Assembly (NCBI GenBank): GCA_029101185.1
Contig: JAQXQN010000054.1
Location: forward strand, 1 to 61,772
From: Eggerthellales bacterium
Lineage (GTDB): Bacteria > Actinomycetota > Coriobacteriia > Coriobacteriales > Eggerthellaceae
DNA: 61,772 bases
Direction of reading: 5' to 3'
In this document: positions 47,952 to 57,846 of the stretch, in pieces
Position numbering within the stretch: position 1 is the stretch's first letter
How the letters are laid out: the number at the start of each line of letters is the position of its first letter
Translations under genes and position numbers: made by a program
Notes under the pieces: generated by a model
Seen by the model: only the letters and a program-made list of their open reading frames with translations
Database searches by the model: none
Told to the model about the DNA's origin: nothing

Positions 47952-49006
47952 TACGAAATCCGCCCTTCAACCAGGTCATCAAGGTAGCCGGCAATAACCT
48001 CAAGGCACTGTTCCATACTTCCCTTGAAGGTGAAGCCCGCAGCCGCTCGATGTCCGCCACCCCCAATCTTCCTAGCAAGCACGGATACATCCAGAGCGTC
48101 ATCCTTAACCCTCAGGCTGCCTCTGACCACGCCCTCCTGATCGCGAAGGACGCACACCACTCGAACAGCTGCCAGGCTGCGCAGGGTGTCAATCAAAGGT
48201 TCCGCATCCGCCTTTACCGCCCCGAACCTACGAAACTCCTCCGCGGTGACATAGGAGTAAGCCCACTGCCTGCTTGGGGAATAGTGGATGCGGTCAATCA
48301 TGACCCCTTCAAGCTGCAAGGAAGGCATAGACCGAGACTGATACACCTCCTGGGCACACACATCCGGCCGCGCCCCCGCAGCAGCCATCTGCGCCGCATA
48401 CGCAAAGGCCGCAGCCGTAGCGTTCTGGTACTGGAACCTGCCCGTGTCGGTCATCAGGGCCGTATAGGCGCAATCCGCCATGGCAGCGTCGGGCTTAACC
48501 CCAAGGGCCTTGACCAGATCCCACACCAGCATGCTAGCAGAGGGGCTATCAGGATCAATATAACGATAATCCCCAATCTGCACCACGCTCGGGTGGTGGT
48601 CTATGACGAAGCGTACCGCGCATGCATCATGAAACTGAGCCGCAGCGCCCATGCGTTCCGTATTGGGCACATCCACAGAGATAAAGGCTTCGGGCAGGGA
48701 TGAATCCTGGGATGATCCCTGGGGGAAGTCCTGAGAAGAGTCCTGGCATGCGTCCCAATACTCCTGCGCTCCCATGAGCTGGGAGAAACCAGGAAGAAAC
48801 CTGAGCCCAAGCTCAACCGGATCCGCCGTGGCAAGAACGCATTGAACCCGTTTACCGCAGGCCTCAAGGGCCCGACTCAGGCAAAGCATAGAGCCGAGGC
48901 AATCCCCGTCGGGATTCACGTGGCCGCAAATCACAAAGGAGTCATGGGTGAGGATTTCGGATGCCAAATTCTCGAGGGTAGTATTGGTGGAGGGGTCGAG
49001 AGTCAT
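47951..49006 (-). CDS. nrnA: DHH/DHHA1 phosphoesterase (NrnA-like nanoRNase)
   Basis: HVNPDGD, IDHH, TDTGRF, GGGGHRAAAG; position between rbfA and truB. Confidence 0.9.
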   Translation of the reverse strand: MTLDPSTNTTLENLASEILTHDSFVICGHVNPDGDCLGSMLCLSRALEACGKRVQCVLATADPVELGLRFLPGFSQLMGAQEYWDACQDSSQDFPQGSSQDSSLPEAFISVDVPNTERMGAAAQFHDACAVRFVIDHHPSVVQIGDYRYIDPDSPSASMLVWDLVKALGVKPDAAMADCAYTALMTDTGRFQYQNATAAAFAYAAQMAAAGARPDVCAQEVYQSRSMPSLQLEGVMIDRIHYSPSRQWAYSYVTAEEFRRFGAVKADAEPLIDTLRSLAAVRVVCVLRDQEGVVRGSLRVKDDALDVSVLARKIGGGGHRAAAGFTFKGSMEQCLEVIAGYLDDLVEGRIS

Positions 49007-49008
49007 GG

Positions 49009-49446
49009 CTACTCCTCAGAATCCTCAGCCTCAAGGGCCTCCTGCTGCGCTAGCTCGGCAGCCTCAAGGATCTCTTGCTCGGCGCGAAGCCGGGCAGATT
49101 CCCTGTTGCGGGCGGCATCATTGGCCAGGGCCTCAGAGATTTGCTGGGCAACGTCAACGGAAGGATCAAGGATAAACCGCAGCTCAGGAGTGACCCTCCA
49201 GGAAAGTCTGCGGCCCATAAGGGAGCGGATCCTTCCCGCTGCTGCCTTGAATCCCTCTTCAACCTCCTGATAGGAATCAGGGCTCGCGGTGTAGTACACG
49301 TTGCAGTAACTGCGGTCGTAGCTGACCTCGCACCCGGTGAGGGTTACCAGAGAAAGCCGAGGGTCAGACACCTCAAAGAGCAAAATGGTGGCCAGCACCT
49401 CTCTGGCCTGCTCGTTTACCTTTCGGTTAGCGTTTGACTGCTTCAA
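49009..49446 (-). CDS. rbfA: Ribosome-binding factor A
   Basis: EVSDPRL, RVTPELRFILD; TTG after GGAGG. Confidence 0.94.
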   Translation of the reverse strand: MKQSNANRKVNEQAREVLATILLFEVSDPRLSLVTLTGCEVSYDRSYCNVYYTASPDSYQEVEEGFKAAAGRIRSLMGRRLSWRVTPELRFILDPSVDVAQQISEALANDAARNRESARLRAEQEILEAAELAQQEALEAEDSEE

Positions 49447-49583
49447 CGTGGCCTCCTTTCAAAATGCCCGAGGGCCGCAGGGCACTCGGGCACGATTCAT
49501 CTCGGTTACGGGCTTGGTGCCCGCTGGCTATCAGCTTTGAGGTGGCGAAACGTCCAGGACGCTTCGCCCTATACATGGATACC

Positions 49584-52433
49584 CTAGACGGTACGCTCCA
49601 CTTCCTCCACACGATAGCCCTCGATGTGGTCGCCCACCTTGATGTCCTGGTAGCCGTCCACGCCAATACCGCACTCATAGCTCTGCTTGACACTCTTGAC
49701 ATCGTCCTTGAAGCGGCGCAGAGAGGAAATCTTACCCTCAAAGATGACCGTGTTCTCACGAACGATGCGCACCTTGTCGTCTCGGGAAATCTCGCCCTCC
49801 AGGATATAGCAGCCAGCGATGTTGCCCACTCGGGGAACACGGAAGACATCGCGGACCTCGGCGATACCAGTATCCCGCTCCACAATCTCGGGCTTGAGCA
49901 TACCCACCCGAGCGGCGTTAATTTCCTCAATGGCCTGGTAAATGACGCGGTAGAGGCGGATGTCCACCTTCTCATGCTCCGCGGCCTTGCGCGCGCCTGC
50001 GGTAGGACGCACGTTAAAGCCGATAATGATGGCATCGGAGGCGGCTGCCAGGGTCACGTCAGTCTCGGTCACGCCACCCACCGCGGAATGGATGATGTTG
50101 ATCTTGACCTCGGACTGGTCCATCTTGGAGAAGGCGTCGCGCAAAGCCTCGATGGAGCCTTGCACGTCTGCCTTGACCACCAGGTTCAGCTCGGAGGTAC
50201 CCTCCTCGATGCGGCTGAACAGATCATCCAGGGACATGTGGCTCTTGGCCTCCTGAGCGGCCAGGCGTGCACGCAGGGCACGCTCCTCCGCCAGCTTGCG
50301 GGCGTCGCGCTCATCCTCGAAGACCCGAAACTCGTCACCAGCGGTGGGCACGGAGTTCAGGCCCAGGATCTCCACGGGATCGGCGGGCAGGGCCTTCTTG
50401 GCATGGTTGCCCCGAGGATCAATCAGGGCACGGACGCGGCCGTAGCTGGTGCCGGCAACCACGGTGTCGCCGGGCTTGAGGGTGCCGCGCTGCACCAGGA
50501 CGGTGGCAACGGGGCCCCGACCCTTGTCCAGGTTCGCTTCGATAACGAAACCAGAAGCCGGGGCATTGGGGTTTGCCTTCAGCTCAAGCACATCGGCCTG
50601 CAGCAGAATGGTTTCAAGCAGCTCGTCAATGGCGATACGCTTCTTGGCGGACACGTTGACGAACATGTTCTCGCCGCCCCACTCCTCGGGAACCACACCG
50701 CGGTCAACCAGCTCGTTGCGGACGCGGTCCGGGTTAGCGCCCGGCTTGTCAATTTTGTTCACCGCAACAACGATAGGCACGTTTGCCGCCTTGGCATGGT
50801 TGATGGCCTCAACGGTCTGGGGCATGACGCCGTCATCGGCGGCCACCACCAAAACGATAACGTCGGTGACCTGGGCACCACGGGCACGCATGGCAGTAAA
50901 CGCCTCGTGACCCGGGGTGTCGATGAAGGTGATCTGCCTACCGTCAATGTTGACCACAGATGCACCGATGTGCTGGGTGATGCCGCCAGCCTCCCCTGCT
51001 GCCACACCGGTATTGCGAATGGCGTCAAGCAGAGAGGTCTTGCCATGGTCCACGTGGCCCATAACGGTGACCACGGGAGGCCGAGGCAGCAGATCCTCGT
51101 CGGAGTCGTTGTACACCACAGCAAACTCCTCCTCGGGGGAAACCACACGCACCTTGCGGCCCATGTCGTCGGCGATAAGCTCGATAAGCTCATCGGTCAT
51201 GGTCTGGGTGACCGTGAGCACCTGGCCAAGCATGAACAGGCGCTTGATGATGTCGTTGGTGCCCACGCCAAGCAGTTCGGCGAACTGTCCAACGGTGGAA
51301 CCCTGGGGGATCTCCACCACGGACTCGTCAAGCACCAGCTCGGGGTCAAGGCCGCGCTCGACGGCTACCTGGGCTAGGCGCTCGCGGGCCTGGGCCTCAC
51401 GCTTCTCCTTGCGCTTACGACGACGGCCTTCGCCCTCTGCAGGGGCGGAGGCGGCGGCAACCGCGGCACGAGCGTCGGCGAGCACCTTGTCGCGCTGCAT
51501 CTTCTCAGCCATAACCGCCATCTGAGAATACCGATCCTCAGTGGTACTCGCTGAAAGCTCGGGCACCTCGGGCTCGAAGTGATGGCCGCCCCGCTTGACG
51601 CCGGCGTTGTTCTGGGGACGAACGTTGTTGGCGCCCTGGGCTTTACCCCGGCCCTGGTTGGCGTTGGTGTTGCCCCCGCGATTTCCACCCTTAGCGGAAC
51701 CGGCGGCGTTTTGGGACTTCGCGGCCTTCTCTGCGCTCATGCGGGCGTTTTCAGACTCGATCTGAGACAAAAGGGAGTCAAACCGAGAGCTGCGGGTTGC
51801 AGTGGTGGGAACCTGCTTCGGTGCGGGCTTTGCCACAGGAGCCTCGGCGGGAGCGGCTTTGCGCTTGCCGGCCCTATTGGCCTGTAGCTGCTCTTGAACG
51901 GCGCGTTTCTTGGCAACCTCAGCGGCACGCTGGGCCTGCAGCTTCTCTGCGGCGGCACGGGCCTTGCGCTGCTCTTCGGCGAGGCGCTGCTCTTCGATCT
52001 GCTGGGCAAGGGACGCCAGTCCAGAATTGGACTGCACCGGTGCAGGCGCGGGCCGCTTGGAGGCAGCAGGACGAGGGGCGGTAACCTCCGTTGCGCCTTC
52101 GGACTTGTTCCTACGGGCGCGCTCCGCATCACGAAGGGCGCGCTCACGTTCAACGGCCTCCCTGCGCTCGCGCTCTTCTTCTGCCTTCTTGGCCTCGGCC
52201 TCTTGCATGGCTGCCTTAGCGGCGGCAACCATCTCGTCATCAACGCCGGCAACCTTGACCTGGGCTTGAGCAAGTTCAGGGGCAAGGGCCTTTCGAATAG
52301 CGTCCACATTGGAATCGGACAGGATGCTCGCGTGGCTCTTGGCGGGAATCTTCATGGACTGAATGCGGGACAGAAGGTCCTTAGAATCCATGCCAAATTC
52401 CTTAGCCAAATCCATTACTCTCATTTTGGCCAT
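49584..52433 (-). CDS. infB: Translation initiation factor IF-2
   Basis: [47 protein letters not shown]. Confidence 0.98.
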   Translation of the reverse strand: MAKMRVMDLAKEFGMDSKDLLSRIQSMKIPAKSHASILSDSNVDAIRKALAPELAQAQVKVAGVDDEMVAAAKAAMQEAEAKKAEEERERREAVERERALRDAERARRNKSEGATEVTAPRPAASKRPAPAPVQSNSGLASLAQQIEEQRLAEEQRKARAAAEKLQAQRAAEVAKKRAVQEQLQANRAGKRKAAPAEAPVAKPAPKQVPTTATRSSRFDSLLSQIESENARMSAEKAAKSQNAAGSAKGGNRGGNTNANQGRGKAQGANNVRPQNNAGVKRGGHHFEPEVPELSASTTEDRYSQMAVMAEKMQRDKVLADARAAVAAASAPAEGEGRRRKRKEKREAQARERLAQVAVERGLDPELVLDESVVEIPQGSTVGQFAELLGVGTNDIIKRLFMLGQVLTVTQTMTDELIELIADDMGRKVRVVSPEEEFAVVYNDSDEDLLPRPPVVTVMGHVDHGKTSLLDAIRNTGVAAGEAGGITQHIGASVVNIDGRQITFIDTPGHEAFTAMRARGAQVTDVIVLVVAADDGVMPQTVEAINHAKAANVPIVVAVNKIDKPGANPDRVRNELVDRGVVPEEWGGENMFVNVSAKKRIAIDELLETILLQADVLELKANPNAPASGFVIEANLDKGRGPVATVLVQRGTLKPGDTVVAGTSYGRVRALIDPRGNHAKKALPADPVEILGLNSVPTAGDEFRVFEDERDARKLAEERALRARLAAQEAKSHMSLDDLFSRIEEGTSELNLVVKADVQGSIEALRDAFSKMDQSEVKINIIHSAVGGVTETDVTLAAASDAIIIGFNVRPTAGARKAAEHEKVDIRLYRVIYQAIEEINAARVGMLKPEIVERDTGIAEVRDVFRVPRVGNIAGCYILEGEISRDDKVRIVRENTVIFEGKISSLRRFKDDVKSVKQSYECGIGVDGYQDIKVGDHIEGYRVEEVERTV

Positions 52434-52462
52434 GTAATTCTCCTATTCTCCTCCTGCGCCTG

Positions 52463-53668
52463 CTACTCTTCGTCCTCGTGGATACCGCAGAAACGGCTGC
52501 CGAAGCGTGCGTGGTTGCGACAGCGCACCCCGTCCTCACCAACGAAGGCGCAGAAGTCCTCGGACTCCCCTTCCTCCTCGTCGATGAGCTCATTGGTGGT
52601 GTCAAGGCCGTGCATCATGAAGCTGGAGGACTTGATGTCAATTCTCCAACCGGTCAGACGCGCGGCAAGACGGGCGTTTTGCCCCTCCTTGCCAATGGCC
52701 AGGGAAAGCTGGTCATCAGGAACCACCACGGTGGCGGTATGGGTCCCTTCGTCAACCGTGACCTTAGACACCCGAGCAGGGCTCAGGGCATTGGCAACAT
52801 AGGTAGCGGGGTTCTCGGACCACGAGACCACATCCACCCGCTCGGAGTGAAGCTCGTCGACCACCATGCGCACACGGCTGCCCTTCGGGCCGACGCAGGC
52901 GCCCACGGGATCAAGGTTGGGCTCCTTGGAGTAGACGGCAACCTTGGAACGGGCGCCAGGCTCTCGGGCGATAGACTTGACTTCCACCATGCCGTCGTAA
53001 ATCTCAGGAACCTCCAGCTCAAAGAGGCGGCGGATCAGATCAGGATGGGTACGGGAAACCACGATGGCGGGACGCTGCTGGTCTCCGCGGGCGCGGGTCT
53101 CAGCGGAGTTGGGGTCCCTCACGCCGATGATCAGCACCTTGAGGCGCTGGTTGTGGCGGTAGCGCTCATTGGCGGGGCACTCGTTGAGTTCATTCTCATT
53201 ACCCGGGCGCTTCAGGTCAAAACGGGGAAGCTCCGCCTCAACGCCATCGCGAATCTTCACGATGACAAACTCGGGGGTAGCCTGCAGCACGGTGCAGGTG
53301 ACAATATCCCCCACCCGCTCGCTGAACTCCTCATACAGGGACTGACGTCCAGCCTCGCGCACCATAGCGGCAATCACGCCCTTGGCGTTTTGGGCCGCGA
53401 TGCGAGACACGTTGTCAGGGGTGACGTCCCGCTCGGTGAACTGAGTGTACTCGCCGGTCTCCTCATCGGGCTCTCCCTCGGGCACCAGCTCATACACGTA
53501 AATGCGGCCCGTGGTGCGGTCAATAGTGACGCGGGCGTCCCACTCAAGGTCTAGGATGTTTTGGTAGCTCTTTGCAAGAGAAGCCTCAAGACGCTCGATG
53601 AGATAGAACTCGTCGATCTTCTTCTCATGGGCCAGTGCCTGCAGGGCTTCCATCAGTTCAGATGCCAT
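52463..53668 (-). CDS. nusA: Transcription factor NusA with C-terminal Cys/His extension
   Basis: [18 protein letters not shown]...[42 protein letters not shown]. Confidence 0.97.
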   Translation of the reverse strand: MASELMEALQALAHEKKIDEFYLIERLEASLAKSYQNILDLEWDARVTIDRTTGRIYVYELVPEGEPDEETGEYTQFTERDVTPDNVSRIAAQNAKGVIAAMVREAGRQSLYEEFSERVGDIVTCTVLQATPEFVIVKIRDGVEAELPRFDLKRPGNENELNECPANERYRHNQRLKVLIIGVRDPNSAETRARGDQQRPAIVVSRTHPDLIRRLFELEVPEIYDGMVEVKSIAREPGARSKVAVYSKEPNLDPVGACVGPKGSRVRMVVDELHSERVDVVSWSENPATYVANALSPARVSKVTVDEGTHTATVVVPDDQLSLAIGKEGQNARLAARLTGWRIDIKSSSFMMHGLDTTNELIDEEEGESEDFCAFVGEDGVRCRNHARFGSRFCGIHEDEE

Positions 53669-53777
53669 GATGTTCCTTTCTTCCCGCGCCGGTTGGCGCA
53701 TGCTCGTTGGTGCGCTTCGACGGTAACAAACGCTTCATGGCAGCAAAGCGAAGCGTACCTTGACTGCCAAAAGTGTG

Positions 53778-54248
53778 CTAAGAGAAGTTCACCGCGCCGT
53801 TGACGTGGGCCTTCTTAAGTGCGGAGTGCGGCAGGTCATAATGCTGACCATCAACAGACATCCCAATAAGCCCGTCTTCGGACACGGACTCCAGGGTCCC
53901 CTTAAACTTGCTGCGGCCCTCAACGGGCTCTCGGGTAAGCACCGTTGCCTGCTGCCCGATTACCCGACGAAAGTGATCAAGGGTACGCAGGGGCCTGTCG
54001 ATACCAGGGGTGCTAACCTCAAGGGTGTAAGCACCAGGGAACGGGTCAATCTGCTCCATGATCTCATCCACCCAGGGCTGGGCCGCCGTAACCTCGTCAA
54101 AGGAAATCCCATCTTCAGTATCAAGGTACACCCTGATAATGGGATTGCGGGAGGACCCTACAATCTCTACGGTAAGGACCTCGATGCCCTCTTGCTGGGC
54201 GCGTCTCTCAAGGGCGGAAAGAATGGACTGCTCCTTGTGGCTGAGCAC
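53778..54248 (-). CDS. rimP: Ribosome maturation factor RimP
   Basis: YTLEVSTPGIDRPL. Confidence 0.95.
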   Translation of the reverse strand: MLSHKEQSILSALERRAQQEGIEVLTVEIVGSSRNPIIRVYLDTEDGISFDEVTAAQPWVDEIMEQIDPFPGAYTLEVSTPGIDRPLRTLDHFRRVIGQQATVLTREPVEGRSKFKGTLESVSEDGLIGMSVDGQHYDLPHSALKKAHVNGAVNFS

Positions 54249-54276
54249 GCGGACCTCCTTTCAAAGGGTCTCATAC

Positions 54277-54306
54277 AAAAAGAAAGCGGGACGAAGCCCA
54301 CTTTCT
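54277..54306 (-). promoter_or_regulatory. rimP leader attenuator hairpin
   Basis: AGAAAGTGGG-CTTCGT-CCCGCTTTCT-TTTT between promoter and rimP; this hairpin type is known upstream of rimP-nusA-infB. Confidence 0.8.
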
Positions 54307-54370
54307 CAGTAATAGAAAAAGTTGTGATGTCTGCGGCGGATACCCGTCTCCTTCGCAAACGCGCCTGTGA

Positions 54371-54399
54371 AGTATGACACAAATACGCGCAGATGGCAA
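54371..54399 (-). promoter_or_regulatory. Housekeeping-sigma promoter of the rimP operon
   Basis: TTGCCA-17-CATACT with TGn extension; overlaps an inverted repeat (54382-54416) downstream of ndk. Confidence 0.65.
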
Positions 54400-54474
54400 A
54401 GACATCCGCGCGTATTCAGGGAATCTCACAATTACCCCATGGCCCATGGGCTCCCAGGGACAGAGGGGGGATAC

Positions 54475-54882
54475 TTAGGCGCCAAAGAACACCGCGATCT
54501 CACGCTCTGCGGACTCAACGGAGTCAGAGCCGTGGATCACGTTCTCATCAACAGTCAGGCCGAAATCGCCGCGGATGGTACCAGGGGCAGCCTGGGCGCA
54601 GTTGGTGGCACCCATGAGCTTGCGCATGGTGGCAACGGCGTTCTCGCCGGAAACAACCATCTTGACCACGGGGCCAGAGGTGATGTAGGAGATCAGACCC
54701 TCGTAGAAGGGCTTGCCCTCATGCTCACGATAATTCTCGGCTGCCTGCTCGGGGGTGACCATGGTCAGCTCCATGCGCTCGATGGTCAGGCCAACGCGCT
54801 CGATGCGGGAGATGATGTCACCCACGTGGCGGTTGCGGACACCGTCGGGCTTGATCATGTTGTAAGTGCGCTCGAATGCCAT
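54475..54882 (-). CDS. ndk: Nucleoside diphosphate kinase
   Basis: MIKPDGV, PGTIRGDF, NVIHGSDS. Confidence 0.97.
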   Translation of the reverse strand: MAFERTYNMIKPDGVRNRHVGDIISRIERVGLTIERMELTMVTPEQAAENYREHEGKPFYEGLISYITSGPVVKMVVSGENAVATMRKLMGATNCAQAAPGTIRGDFGLTVDENVIHGSDSVESAEREIAVFFGA

Positions 54883-54951
54883 GATGGAATTCCTTCCTTG
54901 TTAGTACGGACTATTCGCACGGCCCCGTACAACAGGGCCAGGCTCTCTGAA

Positions 54952-56301
54952 TTATTGCTGGGAGAGAAAGTACAGCTCCACATCGGAGATCTTCCAACCC
55001 ACCAGGTCTCTCACCATCTCAACCCGGTAGTTCAGTTCTCCGCCATCTGCGGTCTTAGCGGTAACGTACACCGTGGAGCTAGACATGGACTGCTCAACGC
55101 CGTCAATGGTGATGATGCAATCCTCAGGGACGCTCTTCATCATAGAGGCAACCCTGTCCTGGCTCAGGGACTCGGTGAAATACTCGGAGGCCTTATCCGT
55201 ATTGGAGAAGAAGCCCTCCACCACGTTTTGCTGGGTGGGATACCCATAGCCCTGGGTGTAGAGGAAGACCGCGCCAGCGGCGGCAACCAGAAGCAGAGTG
55301 AAAAACGCCACGAGGATCTTCAGTCCCACATTGCGGCGCTTACGATCCTTTTTAGCAATCTGCTTGCCATAACTTACCAGTTCATCCTCGGTGGCATACA
55401 GGAAACGCTCACTGGGATCAGCATAGCGATCATCAACCTCATAGCCGTACTCATCCTCAGGGTAGTACTGGCCCTCAGGAGCAATATCCTCAAAGTAATA
55501 GGAGCCGGTAGCGGAGAGGTTGGTGCCATCTGCAGACACGTCAAGACCCGACATGTCATACTCCGGACCATCCTCAACCGCCGGGGCGGTTGCAACAGAC
55601 TGGGCAGCCCGGGCGTAATCCACGCTGGCGGAATCGGAAAGATAATACGTGCCATCCTGAAGAGCAGCCTCAAAGGCGTCCATGGCCTTGTCCATCTGCC
55701 CGCAAGACACGTACGCCTGGCCAAGGGATGCGTTCATGCGGTTTCTGGTCTCAGCGTCCATGTCAAACTGCAGTGCACTCAGATAGGAGGCAACCGCATC
55801 CTCAGGACGATTAAGGGCCATGAAGCATACGCCAAGGTTCAGCAGGGCTTTGGTGGGATCAGGATTTGCAGGATCAAGGGCTGCAGAACGGTAGGCCACG
55901 CCTGCCTCCGCGTTTTTCCCCAACTTGAGTAGCGCATTGCCCATGCCCAGATACGCCTTATAAGGAGTCTCATAAGATGCGTCTGACACCGCAATCTCAA
56001 AATGGGTGACGGCATCCTCATAATCCCGCAAGAAAGCATAGGCCTTACCAAGATTGCAGTTCACCGCACCTACTGCCTCATAGGCGCTGTCTGCAGTTGA
56101 CTGGGTGTATGCAGCAATGGCCTGATTGAAGTCCTGCAGCTGCAGGAAGCAGTTTCCAATCTGATGATACAGATATCCCAAATCTCCCGGGGCAAAAACC
56201 ATAGAGGGATCCGAAAGGCACTGGCTATACGCAGCAAGGGCGCCACGGTAATCTCGGGAGGCGTAGCTGGCTTGGGCTGATTGGATGTAAGAATTATCCA
56301 T
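54952..56301 (-). CDS. TPR-repeat membrane protein
   Basis: About 6-7 TPR-like helical pairs, acidic Tyr-rich linker, KKDRKRR plus single TM, about 100 aa C-terminal domain. Confidence 0.85.
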   Translation of the reverse strand: MDNSYIQSAQASYASRDYRGALAAYSQCLSDPSMVFAPGDLGYLYHQIGNCFLQLQDFNQAIAAYTQSTADSAYEAVGAVNCNLGKAYAFLRDYEDAVTHFEIAVSDASYETPYKAYLGMGNALLKLGKNAEAGVAYRSAALDPANPDPTKALLNLGVCFMALNRPEDAVASYLSALQFDMDAETRNRMNASLGQAYVSCGQMDKAMDAFEAALQDGTYYLSDSASVDYARAAQSVATAPAVEDGPEYDMSGLDVSADGTNLSATGSYYFEDIAPEGQYYPEDEYGYEVDDRYADPSERFLYATEDELVSYGKQIAKKDRKRRNVGLKILVAFFTLLLVAAAGAVFLYTQGYGYPTQQNVVEGFFSNTDKASEYFTESLSQDRVASMMKSVPEDCIITIDGVEQSMSSSTVYVTAKTADGGELNYRVEMVRDLVGWKISDVELYFLSQQ

Positions 56302-56391
56302 GTGCTGCAAAGTCCTTACAATTGGGTCTCGGCCTTGCGTAAACCCGCGCAAGGGCGCAGCCCCCACAAGGCTTGGCACGGAAGTTTCAAA

Positions 56392-56467
56392 TGGTGCCCC
56401 CTGTTGGGATCGAACCAACGGCCTTCTGCTCCGGAGGCAGACGCTCTATCCACTGAGCTAAGGGGGC
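56392..56467 (-). tRNA. tRNA-Arg(CCG)
   Basis: GCCCCCTTAGCTCAGTGGATAGAGCG-TCTGC-CTCCGGA-GCAGA...GGGGGCACCA. Confidence 0.97.
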
Positions 56468-56520
56468 GCACAACTTTCGGTATTATACGTTAAAATGACG
56501 AAAACGAGAAACGGAGCGTC

Positions 56521-57840
56521 ATGTCTGAAAAAATCACCATAGAGCGTCTATCTTATTCCGACGCGGGAGTTGGCCATCTGTCAAACGGTAAGGTGGTGTT
56601 TGTCCCTGGAACTTGCCCTGGAGATGAAGTAGAAGTCCAGGTCACAGAGGAAAAGAAGCGTCTTGCTCAAGGCGTGGTGACCACCCTGGTCACCCCTTCT
56701 GCCCATCGGGCAACCCCCGCGTGCCCCTATGCGGGAATATGTGGAGGTTGTGGCTGGCAGCAGGTTGCCTACCCCAAACAGCTAGAAGAAAAGCGCAACA
56801 CGTTGGTCTCCCAGCTTGCCAGAACTGCGGGGTTTGGGCAGCAGCGTGCAGAGGAGCTAGTGGCTGAGACCGTGCCAAGCAAGCGCACCATGGGGTATCG
56901 CAATAAACTTGAATTCGGCTGTGGAAAGGATGCCCAGGGCCGCTTTACCCTAGGCATGCACAAGGCCGGCTCCAACGATCTGCTCAGCATCGAATCCTGC
57001 CCGCTAGGCCACAAGCAGATAGAAAAAGCCCCAAAGGCACTCCGCGGTGCCCTGCGCTACCTAAGTTCTGGAAACGATCTTGGAATATATCGGGTAGGTG
57101 TGCGCCACTCCCTTGCCACCGGTGCCTGTGAAATTGCCCTTTGGACCAATCCAGGGCCCTGGCCACGGACGGCTGTGGCAAAGACCATGGAAAACGCCCT
57201 AAAGAACACCAGCGTGGTCAGAGTTATGACCAAAGACACTGGATCTGCCCGGGACTTCAAGGGCCTTGAAGTCATCAGCGGCAAAGGGGTGTGGACCGAC
57301 ACGGTCTGCGACGAGACCTACTCCGTCAGCGCACCCTCATTCTTCCAGGTCAATTCCGCCCAGGCCACAAAGCTGGTGAATCTTGCCCTTGATGGCCTTG
57401 AGGTGCAGCCCGATGACTACGTGGCGGACCTGTACTGCGGGGTGGGCACCTTCACCCTACCCTTGGCCAGGCGCTGCGACAACGTCTTTGCCGTTGAGTC
57501 CTATGGATCATCCGTACGCGACCTTCGCCGGGCTGCAGAGCGGGAAGGCTTGGATATCGAAGTGATCGGGGGGGATTCCGCCCGGGAGCTGCCCTTGTTA
57601 GGGCAGCTTGATGCCATTGTGGTTGACCCGCCTCGTGCGGGCCTTGCTCCAACCATGGCTCAATCCATCGCCCAGGCAAAGCCCCACAAGGTTGCCTACA
57701 TCAGCTGCGATCCTGCCACCCTGGCCAGAGATGCGGCCCGGCTTGAAGCCGTGGGATACACCCTCAGTAGCGCCACCCCCGTAGACATGTTCCCCCAGAC
57801 CTTCCACGTAGAGACGGTAGCCATCTTCCAGCGCAAGTAA
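56521..57840 (+). CDS. rlmD: 23S rRNA (uracil-C5)-methyltransferase RlmD family
   Basis: TRAM domain, CP...CGGC, FFQVN, DLYCGVG, VDPPRAG, YISCDPATLARD, DMFPQTFHVE. Confidence 0.94.
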   Translation: MSEKITIERLSYSDAGVGHLSNGKVVFVPGTCPGDEVEVQVTEEKKRLAQGVVTTLVTPSAHRATPACPYAGICGGCGWQQVAYPKQLEEKRNTLVSQLARTAGFGQQRAEELVAETVPSKRTMGYRNKLEFGCGKDAQGRFTLGMHKAGSNDLLSIESCPLGHKQIEKAPKALRGALRYLSSGNDLGIYRVGVRHSLATGACEIALWTNPGPWPRTAVAKTMENALKNTSVVRVMTKDTGSARDFKGLEVISGKGVWTDTVCDETYSVSAPSFFQVNSAQATKLVNLALDGLEVQPDDYVADLYCGVGTFTLPLARRCDNVFAVESYGSSVRDLRRAAEREGLDIEVIGGDSARELPLLGQLDAIVVDPPRAGLAPTMAQSIAQAKPHKVAYISCDPATLARDAARLEAVGYTLSSATPVDMFPQTFHVETVAIFQRK

Positions 57841-57846
57841 AGCCTA

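Noticed and set aside
49434-51377. 647-aa plus-strand ORF, and similar long antisense ORFs (13755-14981, 28488-29705, 45851-46852, 52478-53554, 54367-55932)
   Set aside because: They lie opposite well-conserved genes, have no recognisable motifs, and are expected from codon bias in GC-rich highly expressed genes.
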